Positions 10,682 through 29,305 of a stretch of DNA of 64,000 bases are shown here, in pieces (the stretch's first letter is position 1; each line of letters opens with the position of its first letter). A program made the translations under genes and the position numbers. The stretch is from the NCBI GenBank assembly GCA_907165135.1, contig OU015566.1, positions 6,820,001-6,884,000 on the forward strand, written 5' to 3'. This stretch comes from Oikopleura dioica. Lineage: Eukaryota > Animalia > Chordata. The notes below the pieces were generated by a model, which was not told the DNA's origin, did not search any database, and worked only from the letters and a program-made list of their open reading frames with translations.

Positions 10682-13262
10682 ATGCTTTCCTTTTTCGGAC
10701 TGCTCGGGATAGCTGCTGCGGGCTCTCTCAGGTAGATTGTCTGACTGTCTCTGGAATAGGCTTTCAGTCGGGAACCGTTTTTGGTTATTTTTTATCGAAG
10801 GCATGTTGAAAAGAGAATGTTGCTTCAAGTACGCCCATTCTCACTTGCCTAACAGTCATTTTTCCGGTAAAATTCTGAACTTATGTCGCCTATTTTTTCC
10901 TTGTGAGGAAACTCAAAATGAGCGGTGCGCAACACCGGCGTTTCTAGCCTTTCCGAAAAGATTAACGGAAACTTATTTTATTTCCTCATTTAGCCCTGAA
11001 TACGAATTTAACCCGCGTGGTTTCTACCGAGACCCTTGCCCGGACACACGCCCAGGGCAAAAATGCTCAGCCCTAGACAATTATGTTTGGAGAAAGGATG
11101 AAGCTTTCAAGTATGAAATCGTCGAGCGAAACCGCGAATATCCCGGACTCGTCGGTTACATGATCAAGATGACATCTCAGAAATGGCTCGACGAGAGCAT
11201 CTACGTTGTCGAAAAGCACCAATCTGCGGAGTGGATTCACTGGGTCACCATGTGGGTGCCAGTTGGCGAGCGAGTGCGTGATGAGAATCTTCTCGATACG
11301 GCGGTTCTCTTTATTGACGGGGATGGTAACAGAAACGACGCTCCAAGCTGGGATGACTTATTTATAACGGTTTATTCACGGCGCTAAGCAATTCCATAAT
11401 TTTTATTTAGATCGGACGCGTTTACGCAAGAATAACTGGCTGTATTTACGTCAATATCAAACAGATTCCAAATGAAAGGCTTGTCTTTAAAAACGACTGG
11501 AAGGTACGTAGATACGCCTGATAGAACGTCAATTTATCTTCTGACTCTTAGGAGACCAGAACTGAGGATGAAATTATCGCCCTGACGTGGCGTCACTTCT
11601 TGGACTTTCCCGATCAACCAGAATGGCTTGTTCGATTTCCAATGGTAAAAGCGAGTCTGCGAGCGATGGATGTCGCGATTGAAATCAACAAAGACCCACG
11701 AGAAGTCGCACTTGGACTCAGTGGAGTTGAGCTCAAAAGGTGGACTGTCGCTGGAGCATCCAAACGAGGCTGGACAACTTGGTTGGTAGCTGCCACTGAT
11801 CCTGAACGAATCAACCTTGCCGCTCCGATTGTCTTGGACATCTTGAACCTTCAACAAAACTTCAAGCACATTTACAGAAACACTGGCAACTGGACTTTTG
11901 CCATGTACGACTACTGGGTCGAAGGAATCAACGGAAGGCTCGACGACCCGAACCTCCAGCTCATGGCGGACGAGATTGACCCTTATGAATACAGAGAAAG
12001 ACTGACAATGCCAAAATTGGTCATTTCTGCGAGCATGGACGAATTTTTCCAACCAGACGATACTTGGTACTTTTTCGATGGGCTTCCAGAGCCAAAGTAT
12101 TTCAGACTATTGCCGAATGCTGAGCATAGTACTTCCCTTTCTGGCCTTTCAAGTAAGTTTGGCATAAAAAAAAGAAAACATACTAGATAATTAAGCACCG
12201 CACTTTGCCTTCGTTCTCCGCTCGATGTTCCTCGCGGTAAACAAAGATTACTCCCTCCCGAAGTTTAGCTACAGAAGATACGATGATCCGGTAGCGAAGA
12301 ATGGTGGAATCGAGCTGACATTTGAGACCTTTCCGAAGAATGTCTACGGGTGGGTGATGGATAGGAAAGTGGTTTCATACTGAACGCAGCTTGAAATCAA
12401 GGAAGAAATACAGATGCATCAGATTCTCTAGCGAATTACACAGATTCTTGTGTCTTATATAAAATTGGGACGAATGCTCTTATTTGACGATAATCGAAAT
12501 TCTCGGTGTCTAAAAATTTTGTCTATAAATGTAAATTGAAACTGGCTTTTGCGTCAACATCTTTTTGGAACATGAATTTTGTCTGACCTTGAGCGTTTTT
12601 TCCATCATAGATACATAATTTCCTCCATATCATGGATCACTTTCCAGGGTTAACATTTTCGGAATTTTTCCTGAAAAACGTATAGCTGCGTGAATTTCTA
12701 TGGAATCGCCAAAAAGCAAGACTCGATTCCGTCGAGATTTCCGAATCGCTGGTTTGCGAGATAACGAAAAAGGATTCTACGCGGGCTGTGATCTCTTCGT
12801 TTGCCCAGATGAGCTCCCTCCAGGATATCCCGATAAAGCACCTGTGGGAAAGTCAGTGAAGAAGTTCAAGAGAGTCCCAGATAGCAAAGCAAAGCCTATG
12901 CGATTTCAAAATCCAGAAGGCGCCATGTGCAAGGAATCGCTGAAATTCGATCCGGATGAGTTTTGCATTGAACTTGCAAAGGAAATGCTTGTAATTGATT
13001 GACAGCTAATGTTAACAGGACGATGTAAATTACATTATGTGAGCATTTTTGAAAGATGAACATGACCGGAGTACTTGACGAATTCATTTTCACGCATAAA
13101 CAACTGAATCCTTCTTGGAATCCGCCACGACTCGAGCCAACTGACCTTCAAGTCCAGGTTTTTGCTTCCTTATCAATGCTCGAAAAAACAGTCTATTTTC
13201 TAGCTGCATGTTGCCAAGCGAATTATGGCAACTCAAACTGGCCCAAAGACTTTTGTTCTTGA
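10682..13262 (+). CDS. Secreted PqaA / AprA-like alpha/beta hydrolase
   Basis: Signal-like [14 protein letters not shown]; ALDNYVW; MTSQKWLD; [13 protein letters not shown]; [16 protein letters not shown]; nucleophile motif [12 protein letters not shown]; [11 protein letters not shown]; IDPYEY; DEFFQPDD; PNAEH; RRDFR. Exon boundaries of the 3' part are approximate. Confidence 0.88.
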
Positions 13263-13283
13263 ACTGGACGAAGCACCGGACGC

Positions 13284-13613
13284 TTATCGGTTCGTATATT
13301 TTTCGTTTGCAATTGATGATGAAATCTTTCTAGAGCTTTCTGGTTCGAGATCGAGTTCCAGGGGCCAGACGATGTTCAAGGCATCGAAGTAACTACAGAA
13401 GCTCAGATTCTCCCAGTCGCCCCACCATTCGAAGATTGTATGGGCGAAGCCTGCAACGGAAGCCTTGTCTAGCTGATATTGACTTCTGTCTTGCAGACGT
13501 ATATTTATAAAAAGAATAAAATTCTTACCAAATTCTTTCACCGGAGCTATAAGATCTCTTGCCCACAAGATAACATGATAGATAAGCGTTAATATCTCCT
13601 GGGTAGTTGTCAT
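13284..13613 (-). CDS. Small orphan protein (about 100 aa, probably 2 exons)
   Basis: An ATG-initiated exon ends at a strong GTAAG donor, a 39-nt intron ends in AG, and the second exon looks coding (FAHTIFEWWGDWENLSFCSYFDALNIVWPLELD). No homology recognised. Confidence 0.4.
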   Translation of the reverse strand: MTTTQEILTLIYHVILWARDLIAPVKEFGKNFILFINIRLQDRSQYQLDKASVAGFAHTIFEWWGDWENLSFCSYFDALNIVWPLELDLEPESSRKISSSIANEKYTNR

Positions 13614-16122
13614 GGCCTGGCGAATTATTATTTTTATCTGTGGCTCGCACAGCGCTAGAATCCCGCGGCAGCTAGAATGGCGGCTCTTCGACTTCAGCGC
13701 CCGCGAATATGCGATCTCAACATGATAACACTCGGCTGGCCGTTTTCCCACTCAGCCTCCCTGCCAGTCCCTCTCGGGCACGAGCTTTTGCAATTACTAC
13801 GCTCCCGGGGAGACCTTTGAGCACTCGGAGATTCTTTAGCTAACAAGAATTTTAAACTGGTGTTTGTGTTTCTTCATTGAAAGAAGGATAAGCTGATAGA
13901 AACGATAATTAAATAGCGAATAATTTATCATATTTTGCGAACGAAATTCTTCTTCGCGTGACTGTAAGATGGATTCTCAATCATCCTTCTTGAAAAAATG
14001 TATTTTTCTTGACTCGGAAGAATGCAAAATTGAGTCGGATTCTAGTCAAAAAGCGCAAGTGTCGCGACGGTGGGATGTTCCGCCGCCCGCAGATCAGGCA
14101 GCAGCCAATTTTGGGCCGATTTGTCATTTCTGGTCTTGGCGGCCAGCGCCACTTCACCAAATAACTGCTTGCTCCTTCCTGCCAATTTCGGCGATCAGTT
14201 TATTCCTCACTTAATTTTCCTGCTTCGAACTGAGCTTCCATTTCAATAGTAAATCACTGTATTTATATTCTAGAGAATTTTAATGGAACGGTTTGTAAGA
14301 AAGAGGAGAGAAGAAAGTAAGTATGGCGCAGCTAGTAAGATGAACTAGAAATAAATACCCGAACACACTTCATTTTTTTTTTGGGTAATTGCATTTCCAG
14401 CTGCACGAAATGAAATGCCGTTAAATTAAATATTTTTACAGAGTTCTGTTTAGAGATACACCGATTATACAGATACTAAGCGTTCGCGGTAGAAGATGCG
14501 ACCCAGCAGGAGACTGTAGTTAGAGTGCTATACAGAGAGATAGTTAAGGGTTTGTTTTGGACTTTGGGCATCGCGCGGTGGGGATACTGAGCCAAGCCCG
14601 ACGGTCAAGGTCTCCATCGTCGTCTCGTTTTCTGTTTCGGCGTCCAAGGGTTGCGAAGAGCTAAATCAAAAGTATTAAACAAGGTTTCCTCCATGATTTC
14701 AATGACATTATGATGAACCCGTGGAAGAGTGTGTGCCATTAAGGGTATACGCGCTTCTAAGAAGCACTGGCTGATAATCCCTAAGCTATGGTGATTGTAT
14801 CGATTCCCGACTGAGCTCTTGTCAAATCTCTGCTGACCGTAAGTCGCACCCTTGTATCAAATATTTGGCTTGAGAGAGTCGGAATATCTGGTGCTTGAGC
14901 GCAGCGGCGGATTGAGATCCCCTTGAGCCGAAAGCGCCGCGTCAAACAGAATTCAAGAAGCCGCCGCCGCTGGACAGCGGAGCTGTCTTATCCCGAGCTG
15001 CTGTTTAAGGTGGTGGCGGAGGTGGTTTGGGCGCGCAGCACCCGCCGCTGTCAGGGTTAAAAATAATAGAATGAGCTCCGCGACGACCCGCAGCGCAGTG
15101 GAAAAGCTCCCGGCTGCCTGATGAGAGCTCTTTGAGGGCAGGAGATAACCTTAGCGCGGCGAGCTGACGGGCATCACCTTATTAGAGTTTAACCTTAACC
15201 CCTTCGGCTGGCCCTTTTTGTGCATTATGCTAATTTTACGCTCAATCTTGCCTTACAAGCTCATATTTCCTTGGCAGATATTGATGGGAATAAGCCGCTA
15301 GCGGCTTTTTTCAATAGAAAAATAAGCTTTGCATCGGATATTGGTTACCCTAAATCCGCTAGGAAACTACCTTTCTTGCTGCTAGTGCGTTTTTATGCAC
15401 GGAAACCTCAAAACGAGGTTTGCCATATTTTCGACCGAGTGAGCTCGGAGCAGGGAAACTTGCGCGAGGCTTGGCGGTGGTGGTGGAGGAGCATAACGAG
15501 CTCTACCCCCGCCGCGGGAGAAGCAGCGCGCGGCCCCTCATCTCTCATGTTGGAGGGCGGCCAAAGCATTGCGAACGAACGCGAAAATTGGTTTCGGAAT
15601 TTGGCGATCAAAGGCGGCCCAGCAGCGGCTCAGACTGCCGCTGATAAACTTCATTTGCCTATAGCGCGAAGCTCAAATTTTCAAGCAGCAGAAGTTAAAT
15701 CCCCCAGCTTGGAAGGGGATTGAATCCGCTCTGGCCATGTCCCGCCGGGCTCCGCTGATAAAATCCCATGTAACAACATCAGCTCGCATGAGAATATCAT
15801 CCGATCGACGGTTTGTTAAATGGATTCGTTTTGACGAGGGCGCCTTTCCGCATCAAGAGCGTCTTTTTAGAGGCAAAATTCCTAGCTCAACTATTGTTGA
15901 AGACGTCCCTTTTTGGCTCGGACAAAATGTTTTGACTCGGAGGAACTGAGCTTTTGCCACGAGAGTAATATTTTCGTTCCAGTCCGTCAGGAGCATATGT
16001 CTCACAAGACGGAGGCGAAATTGATATTTTTGAGCCGAAAAGTCGCCTTTTGACACAATACCAAGACAGGTCTGGTCAGCATTAACGTTCGACCTACTGA
16101 AATCGAACTCCCACTGGCTCGA

Positions 16123-22317
<6,195 letters not shown>

Positions 22318-25300
22318 TTTTCGTGCTTCTTTTTCCCTCTCTATGTGTGAATTCACGGGGCTAAAAGCGAAAGATCGCAACGGAGTGGCACGGGGCGCGT
22401 CCGCGGACGAGAAATAAAGAGCACGGGCGATCGGGGGCCTGGGTGCGAGCTCCTGCGCGGCCCTCGCGCGCCACCCTCGTACTCGCACGCTGAGTGGGAG
22501 GGGGTCTGGTAGTGGCTAACCCAAACCCCTGCCAGGCTCAGGGACATCCTCGCACACGGTTCCTGTATGTCAGAACACTCTCTCAGGAGCCAGTTGGAGG
22601 AGCACCTTGCCGAGCTTGGTGCTTATCGCAAAGTGCGTCGCCTCCCGCTGCCGACCTTTTTACACCAAACGCTTCTTCCCGTCAGGCGACTTCGAACGAG
22701 ATTGACGATGTCGATGTTGCTCGCTTGCATGTTCATGTCAACATGACCATGCATTAAGAAGATCATGCTCGGCGAAGATTGAGCAGGAGAAAGCGACATG
22801 CAATGAAAATAAGGGCCGCGGGGAGAGAGCTCCTTATTATTTTTCTTTGCAATGAAGCCTTGTTTCCGATACGGGTCAGCGCGGGAATTCCCGCAAGGGC
22901 AATATTTTAAAACCGGTATTTGATTGACGGCCAGCAAAAGGCGCAATATAATGCTCATATTTTTACAAGTACTATCAGTTTCGTAAGTTCAAAGACCGTC
23001 AAATCTGTCCAAGTAATCCAAGTTCATCCCTTCCACACTTGATTTACCATTGCTCCCCTTTGATTACGAGCGCAAAAAGTAAGCTACTAATTACACACAT
23101 GTTTGTTTCGGAGCTGTGTTCGCACTGTCATTTTGCCTCTCGTAGGAAAAGAAACGCTTCGGGTGGACGAGGGAGGAGAGCTTGAGGCTTTAATGGTGTA
23201 TAAATTATACACCGAGCTGTTTCCTATTTCAAAGTGCTGATTAGCCTCGTGAATGAAGTCTCTCTCTCTCTGGAGCGAATGTTTCAGGAAACAATAAAGC
23301 CCTGATTATTTTGGGCGAATAAATTTACGGCGCGTAAATGCATCAATTCCTTCAGATTCTCAAAGGAAGTCCCGGCGATCGGATGAATCGATTCCAATAA
23401 AACCGCGCTCGTGCCTTGCTTGGACGGGTTAACGATTTCAATTGGGGCGACTTTTCTATAATTTTTTTCTTGAGGGGACTTGTACCGCGACCATGAAGAC
23501 GCTCGATAGCATGTGTGGTTGAGCGTGGGATTACAGGGTGCCCGCCACTGTGAAGCAAGGCCGGTCAGGTTGTGGTCGCTGCCTGTGGCTTCGCGCATAC
23601 TGCCCAGCAGCTTTGTAGTGATTTGCAGGGGATCCTGAGCCCAGAGATCCATATCATATGGTTCGCTTCGGCTCTTTGTGAATGCAAATTCCCACAAACA
23701 GCTGTTTGAGCGAGAGTATTGAGCTAATACTAATATTTAGCTCTTTGAGGAAATAATAATTTGTTTTGCGCCGGCCCCTAAATGCGGATTTCCTGAACGC
23801 CTCATAAAGTACAATAAAAGGTGAAATGTACAGTCGCACAGCTGGAATGGGTCTCATTCGCCGGCGCGGTCAGGTCACGGTAACTCTCTTTGATATGGGT
23901 TTATGGGCCTTGAGCTTCGCGCACGAGGTGTTATCCCTCTTTTTGAGGAGGAAAGCTGTTCGCATATTTGCACTTTATTATTAGCCGATCTTTGATACTT
24001 GGTGGATACCTTACCAAAAAAATCCTTTAACTACCAAAAAGACAAAGGCGCAAGGTCGGAAACTTCTTCTCGTCGAGACAAATAAGGCTGAACTATTGAG
24101 CCTCAAGGATTATTCCCCAAAGGAACATTCCTTTCCGCCAATTTTCACGAAAAAAGTATTTGAAACGAGGATGCTGATTTATTGCTGTAAAAACAGCGAC
24201 AATAGGGAAGATATTTTTATTGGCAAGTTTGGGCAGGAAGGCGGCGCAAAGTTTGTCAAGTTCCCAGCAGCGGCCGCGCGTTGTGCTGGACGAGCGATTA
24301 GGCTTAGCGTGACCGGTTAAATGTCAATATTTGAGCCCGGTCGAGATGCCCCTAATCCCCCTAGCTGGATATTATCACCTTTGGTCGAAGACAGTTTGGC
24401 AAAACGTCAATACGGGAGCTGCACGGTATCTCCAATATCAATTCTACGGCTTTTTATGTTTTGCCCACTGCAGGTGCCCATTGACTGGTCTAGGTTTATG
24501 TTTGTTAGCGACGGTAAGCCGGTATACAAGCTTTGAAGGACTCTGTAAATAAACACTTTGTTGAGCCCCCTATTTATGATTAGCAGCTAGAATTTCGTTG
24601 GTGAAATTTTATCAACGTAAAACATTTTTGCCGGAATGGCTCTGGAAGCTGCTTTCCATGAGAATGAATTCGCGAGCGGCGATCAGATCCGCACGGCAAA
24701 GCCACACCCTTGTCGCCGAGAAAACAAAGCTCGCGCTTGTTCATCCCCTTGTCACCACAAGCCTCTAGGGCCCCTGCCTGGTGATAAGATATCGGTTCAG
24801 GGTCACATGTTTGATCCAAACAAATTTCAATTTGGGCAAAACAATCGAACTTAGATTTGGTGGCGATAGAAAGGCTTGAGGGTTCGAATTCGTAAAGAAA
24901 AGTTTTAGATGACGAAGATGAACTACACTCGTGTACTTTTTGGTAAATGTTATCATCTTGATAGAAGATGTTTAATATATAAAGAAAATTATTTCAGAAA
25001 AATTATGATTTTCAAAACGAAATTTATAAGAAAAACCGAAAGAAGAAAGTCAAGAAAACGCACTAGAAATCTATTTACTTGCGCCCGTGAGAGGGACTAT
25101 CGCGGGCGCATAATCCCTACCGGAGCCCGGTCGAAAACGAGCGGGAGTTTATGTATTCAAGGGTTGAGTGATAACTCCTCGGCGGTGCTATTTTATCGTC
25201 CGCTTCAAAGTGCTTCGTGTCAAAGCAGCTCTGCTTGTCAGCTCGCTCCAGACAGCGGCGCGCTGATACCAGTCACTATGTTTAGCAGTCTTACAGCTTT

Positions 25301-26051
25301 CATGTTGGGGCTCGAGTTTGCAACTAAATATTCCGGTGTGTACTCGCCTCCTGTGGCTTACACCGCGCGTTTGGCAGCGACAGGAAACGCGAGATTCAAA
25401 AGCCGAACAAAGTGCACAAGGCCCTTATCGAAAGAATCAGAAAAACTCCGATTCCCCTATCACTGTAAATCCGTATATTCTGTCAAGGCTTTTCCGAAGA
25501 TTCTTAATACTAACGGCATTTGATAATAATAATCCTAAAGATAAGTTGAACAAGCTTTAACCCCTTAATCCCCTGAACCAGTGTTTTACTTTCAAAAATT
25601 AAATTAAGGGTAATAAGTTAAGTCGTCTGTTTGAGTTGAAAATATCAAAGAGCGCTCGAGCGTGTGGGGAATAAGGTCGTGTGGTTTTGCATAAGATCGG
25701 GATTTTCATTCAAAGTTTGATGAAATTTGGCGCGGGTGAAATTTCGATCGACCGGTGCGTTATGCGGTGCGGGCCGGCGCTCCTCGCCGTTTTTAATCAC
25801 ATAGACTCGCCCCACACTCGCGCTGCAGCGGTGCTAGACAAGCTTTGCTAGAATTTCCTCTGAATTCTTAACCATCTTTCTTGCCAACGTTCTATTCGAA
25901 TTTTCTAACTTTGACTAAATTAAACTTTTGATTCATGCTTCTTTCGACAAGATTTATTAACATGCGTTTGCTTTCTGAAAGTTTTTAATTTGTTGAAATC
26001 AAGGAAGAGTAAAATAAATCAAATCGACAAGAATCAAAAGCGAGTATTTTT

Positions 26052-26759
26052 CTAATATGGAGGTCGAGGGCCGACAATCGTAACATTCAATCGGATGAAT
26101 TCTCCATCGGTGCGCTGGAACTTCACTTGCTGCTTTTGAGGCTGCGGATAGGTGTGAGATACTGGACTCCAGTTTTCTTGATCATGGCAGTCCACAAGCT
26201 CGCTGGTCAATTCTTCAGACGAATAGACGTGTTGGTCTTTTGATGAAAGTTGTTCGACGGACACACTTATTTTTGGAGAATCTCCTAGAATTCTGTTAGC
26301 ATAGGTTCATTTTAAAGACAAACGATTGAAAAGAGGAGTTCTTCCCATAGAAAAATAGTAATTGCCGTTTCCACCGGCACTTTGCAATGCACTCTTGAAT
26401 TGAACCATCCAACAATTGACATCGACACGCAAGTTTTGATCAGCACGAAACTAAAGAACTTGAGACGCTCTTTGAACTTGGACGGAACTAACTTTGAAAT
26501 TGACTTTTGATGCGCGATTACCGATCAGTGCTAGAACTTTCACTAGTGCTTCCCTATCCATTTCATTTCTCGGACCACCAGCAGTCACTTCTCGGTCGTC
26601 GCCTCGATAATGACCAGATCCTCCTAAATTTCCGACACTTTTCTGAGCAGCAGCTAACGCTCGTGGAATCTCCTCGTCAGGAAAAGATTCCATAGTAATA
26701 GCATTTCTATAATGACTATCCATATCTGGTCTGATATCCATTGTCATACGACCTGACAT
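26052..26759 (-). CDS. Uncharacterised protein (about 3 exons)
   Basis: Three coding-like segments join through plausible introns, including a 42-nt GTTAGT...TTTAG intron that removes the apparent stop at 26451. No family recognised. Confidence 0.5.
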
Positions 26760-27987
26760 TTTAAAATTTTCGTAAATTGATCTCTTCGCTAAAAGTTTCA
26801 ACTTGCTGCAATACTCGATGGTGGTTGCTATTTATGTGCATCAGCACAAATATTTTTCAGCAGATTGATATCGTTACTATTGAAGCTGCTCCTACTCTTA
26901 CCTTCCTAGGATTGTTTGAAAGTGTTTATTTCAATTAAGACAGAAGGGACTATTAAGAGCTCAAAATTGAATCAACCAATTTCTATCAAAATCTTCTTCG
27001 CAAGTTTTCATCAAAGAACTTGCTGAGTTCAAAAAACGGGCAAGCTTAGCGAAAACTTGCTTTCTCCCGATTTCGGTAACCTTTTGAGAAAGAGTGAAAG
27101 ACATCTTTCAGTTACCGTATGCTCTCATTAAACAGCCAAGGGGACGCTACCTTGTTCTATTCGTACCTATCTTGCGTTCCTATCTGCCGCTTTTCCGTAG
27201 AAGCATCAGATATGATAAAAAGAGACGAGCTTGGCGAGAGCAGTTGTTTTCAAGACAGCCAAACAGATGTGGTCATTTGGGGATTGAGTCTTATAGGAGC
27301 TACCGTTTTCGTGGCAACTAGTAAAGTGAGCTTACTTTTGCACTTTATCGAAGACAAAAGATGGTACGGTGACTTCATGACTTTTGCGGTCACTCTAGCG
27401 ATGGGAACGATGTTTGCAGTGACTATCTTTCAGTTTATTCCAGAGAGCCTTCATTTTCTCCATGTCCAGGTTTAATCAATTTATCACCAAACAATAAAAT
27501 ATTTCAAGACGTACAATGTCTCTTGTGAGAGCTGTCACAAAGGCTTTTGGGCAAGCAGTATTGTTGACCGACATAATTGCTTGGCTATTTGCAGCATGGA
27601 ACAATTCGAAAGAAGTGAGCTTTACAGAATCGATGTCGGAGGTTCGAAGAAAGGGTTTCTTTTTTTTAACGATTTCAGGCGCTTCGTCTTTCATGAGCAC
27701 AATGACCGTCTCATACTTTTTCTTCATCGTCGTCTATGATGTCCAAAAGATCATCCAATGCATATTCTCTAGGGAATACACTACCCGATCTACAGATATA
27801 GAAGAAAGAATACTGAAAACATATGGCAGCAAAGAAGCTTTTAATTGTGACCGGACATGTTCAGAGCCGTGCACTTGCCAGGAAACTCATTTTGTCGAAT
27901 CCCGCATCAAAATAAGCAACTCAGTTGGGGCTAGCGCTAATGCTGAGGGCCGTAGACGAAGCACTTTTCGCTTGAAAGCTCAGGATT

Positions 27988-28446
27988 GGCCGGAAAAATA
28001 TAAATTTTTCGCCTTCGAACAGCCATAGCTCACGCTATACTATATGAAACCAAGGGATGAAGGTATCTTTCGAAAGCTCAGCTTCTGAGGATTGGGGGAA
28101 CGTAAAAATCATTTCGGAAAATCGACATTTCTGATTGGCCGAAAATTTGAAATAACTATTTTTGCCAGTCAACATCAACTTTTTTCAAATGTTTTTTCTT
28201 TCCCCCAATCCATAGAAACTGAGCTTTTTAAAAATGTATCAATCACGTGATTTCATTATCTCTCACGTGAGATATGGCAGTTCGTAGGAAATTCATAAAA
28301 ATGGTCTCAGAATCGCCCCAGGCAATGAAAAAAAGTTTTTTCCAGGTGATTTCTAGGTTTTCGATGATGAATAAAACGATCAACATAATGATTTTCCCCC
28401 TAGTTGAAATTTTTGTCAAAATCGAAAATTTATATTTTTTCCGACC
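27988..28446. mobile_element. 459-bp MITE with about 24-bp imperfect TIRs and a 3-bp ATT duplication
   Basis: The left end is GGCCGGAAAAATATAAATTTTTCG; the reverse complement of the right end is GGTCGGAAAAAATATAAATTTTCG. ATT lies at 27985-27987 and 28447-28449. The element is absent from copy B, and removing it restores QDWKFVNTDAW. Confidence 0.85.
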
Positions 28447-29305
28447 ATTGGAAATTTGTTAATACTGATGCATGGGTTATTCTTTTGACCACATCTTTCG
28501 AGTGCCTCATTGAAGGTATGCCGTACACAAATTAGTTCATTACTGTATTTCTCCAGGAATGGCCTTCACGCTGACATTGCAAGACGATATCACTGCTGGT
28601 TTTTCAGTTCTATTTGCGATGCTATTAAAGATGATACCAGTACGAATCTATGAGTCTCACATGACATGACCTTATTTAGCAAAAACTCGGGAACGCCGTG
28701 ATCTTGATGCGCTCTGGCCTGTCTCCTTTTTGTCAAAGTGCTTTGGTTCTCACTTCAGTGTCTGCTATCTATCCAGGCGTTTGTATCGCGATGCTTCTTA
28801 GAAATATGCACATAAAAGCAGCTGTAAAGGCCAAGTTCTTGAGAGAGGCGATTTTCTGGCAGTTAGATTTTCTGGCAGTTAGACTTTCTGGCAAAGGCGA
28901 TTTTCTGGCACTGCCAGAAAATCTAACTTCCAGAAAATCGCCTTTGCCAGAAAATCTAACTGCCAGAAAGTCTAACTGCCAGAAAATCGCCTTTTTAGTA
29001 TGCATATTATTTGAAACTCTGCAAAAAACTATTTTTAATAAAATCATTTATAAATTCGAAAAACTGGTGATTATCACACAAATTTCATTCCGGAGCAGTT
29101 TCAGCAGGAGTTTGCACCTTTCGACGGGAGCGTTTGATCTAAAAGCCGACTATTCAGGGCGCTAAAAAAGACGACGAATTTGGAATTGAAATTTCTGCGC
29201 TAAAAATAGAATGAGGGCAGCATCCACAGTTCGTTCTTGCTATTTTCGGAGTAACAAACGGGTTAACAGGCAGCTGAAAAGTTAGATTTTGATTTTTCTG
29301 AGAAA

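Noticed and set aside
24909-25523. 204-aa ORF (also 15220-15723 and 23284-23697)
   Set aside because: No domain or coding-like composition, and they cross sharp AT/GC transitions. They are probably chance ORFs in regulatory DNA.
26451-26453. TAG followed by a continued open frame (possible readthrough)
   Set aside because: The stop is the acceptor end of a 42-nt GTTAGT...TTTAG intron.
27516-27650. ORF-track frame MSLVRAVTKAFGQ / MRAATRALGQ as the ZIP sequence
   Set aside because: Splice phases give a stop in that frame after the next intron. The Cys-rich frame joins correctly on both sides.
27988-28446. MITE acting as a self-removing introner
   Set aside because: There is no AG at or near the right junction that would restore the frame, so it is treated as a disruptive insertion pending RNA data.
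28844-28992. Short regularly repeated units resembling a CRISPR array
   Set aside because: The units are adjacent and inverted with no unique spacers, there are no cas genes, and the context is eukaryotic. They are transposon ends.
28698-29165. ORFs with repeated peptides (ARKSNCQK / FLAVRLSG), also at 35672-36201
   Set aside because: They are translations of the palindromic TIR subrepeats, not proteins.
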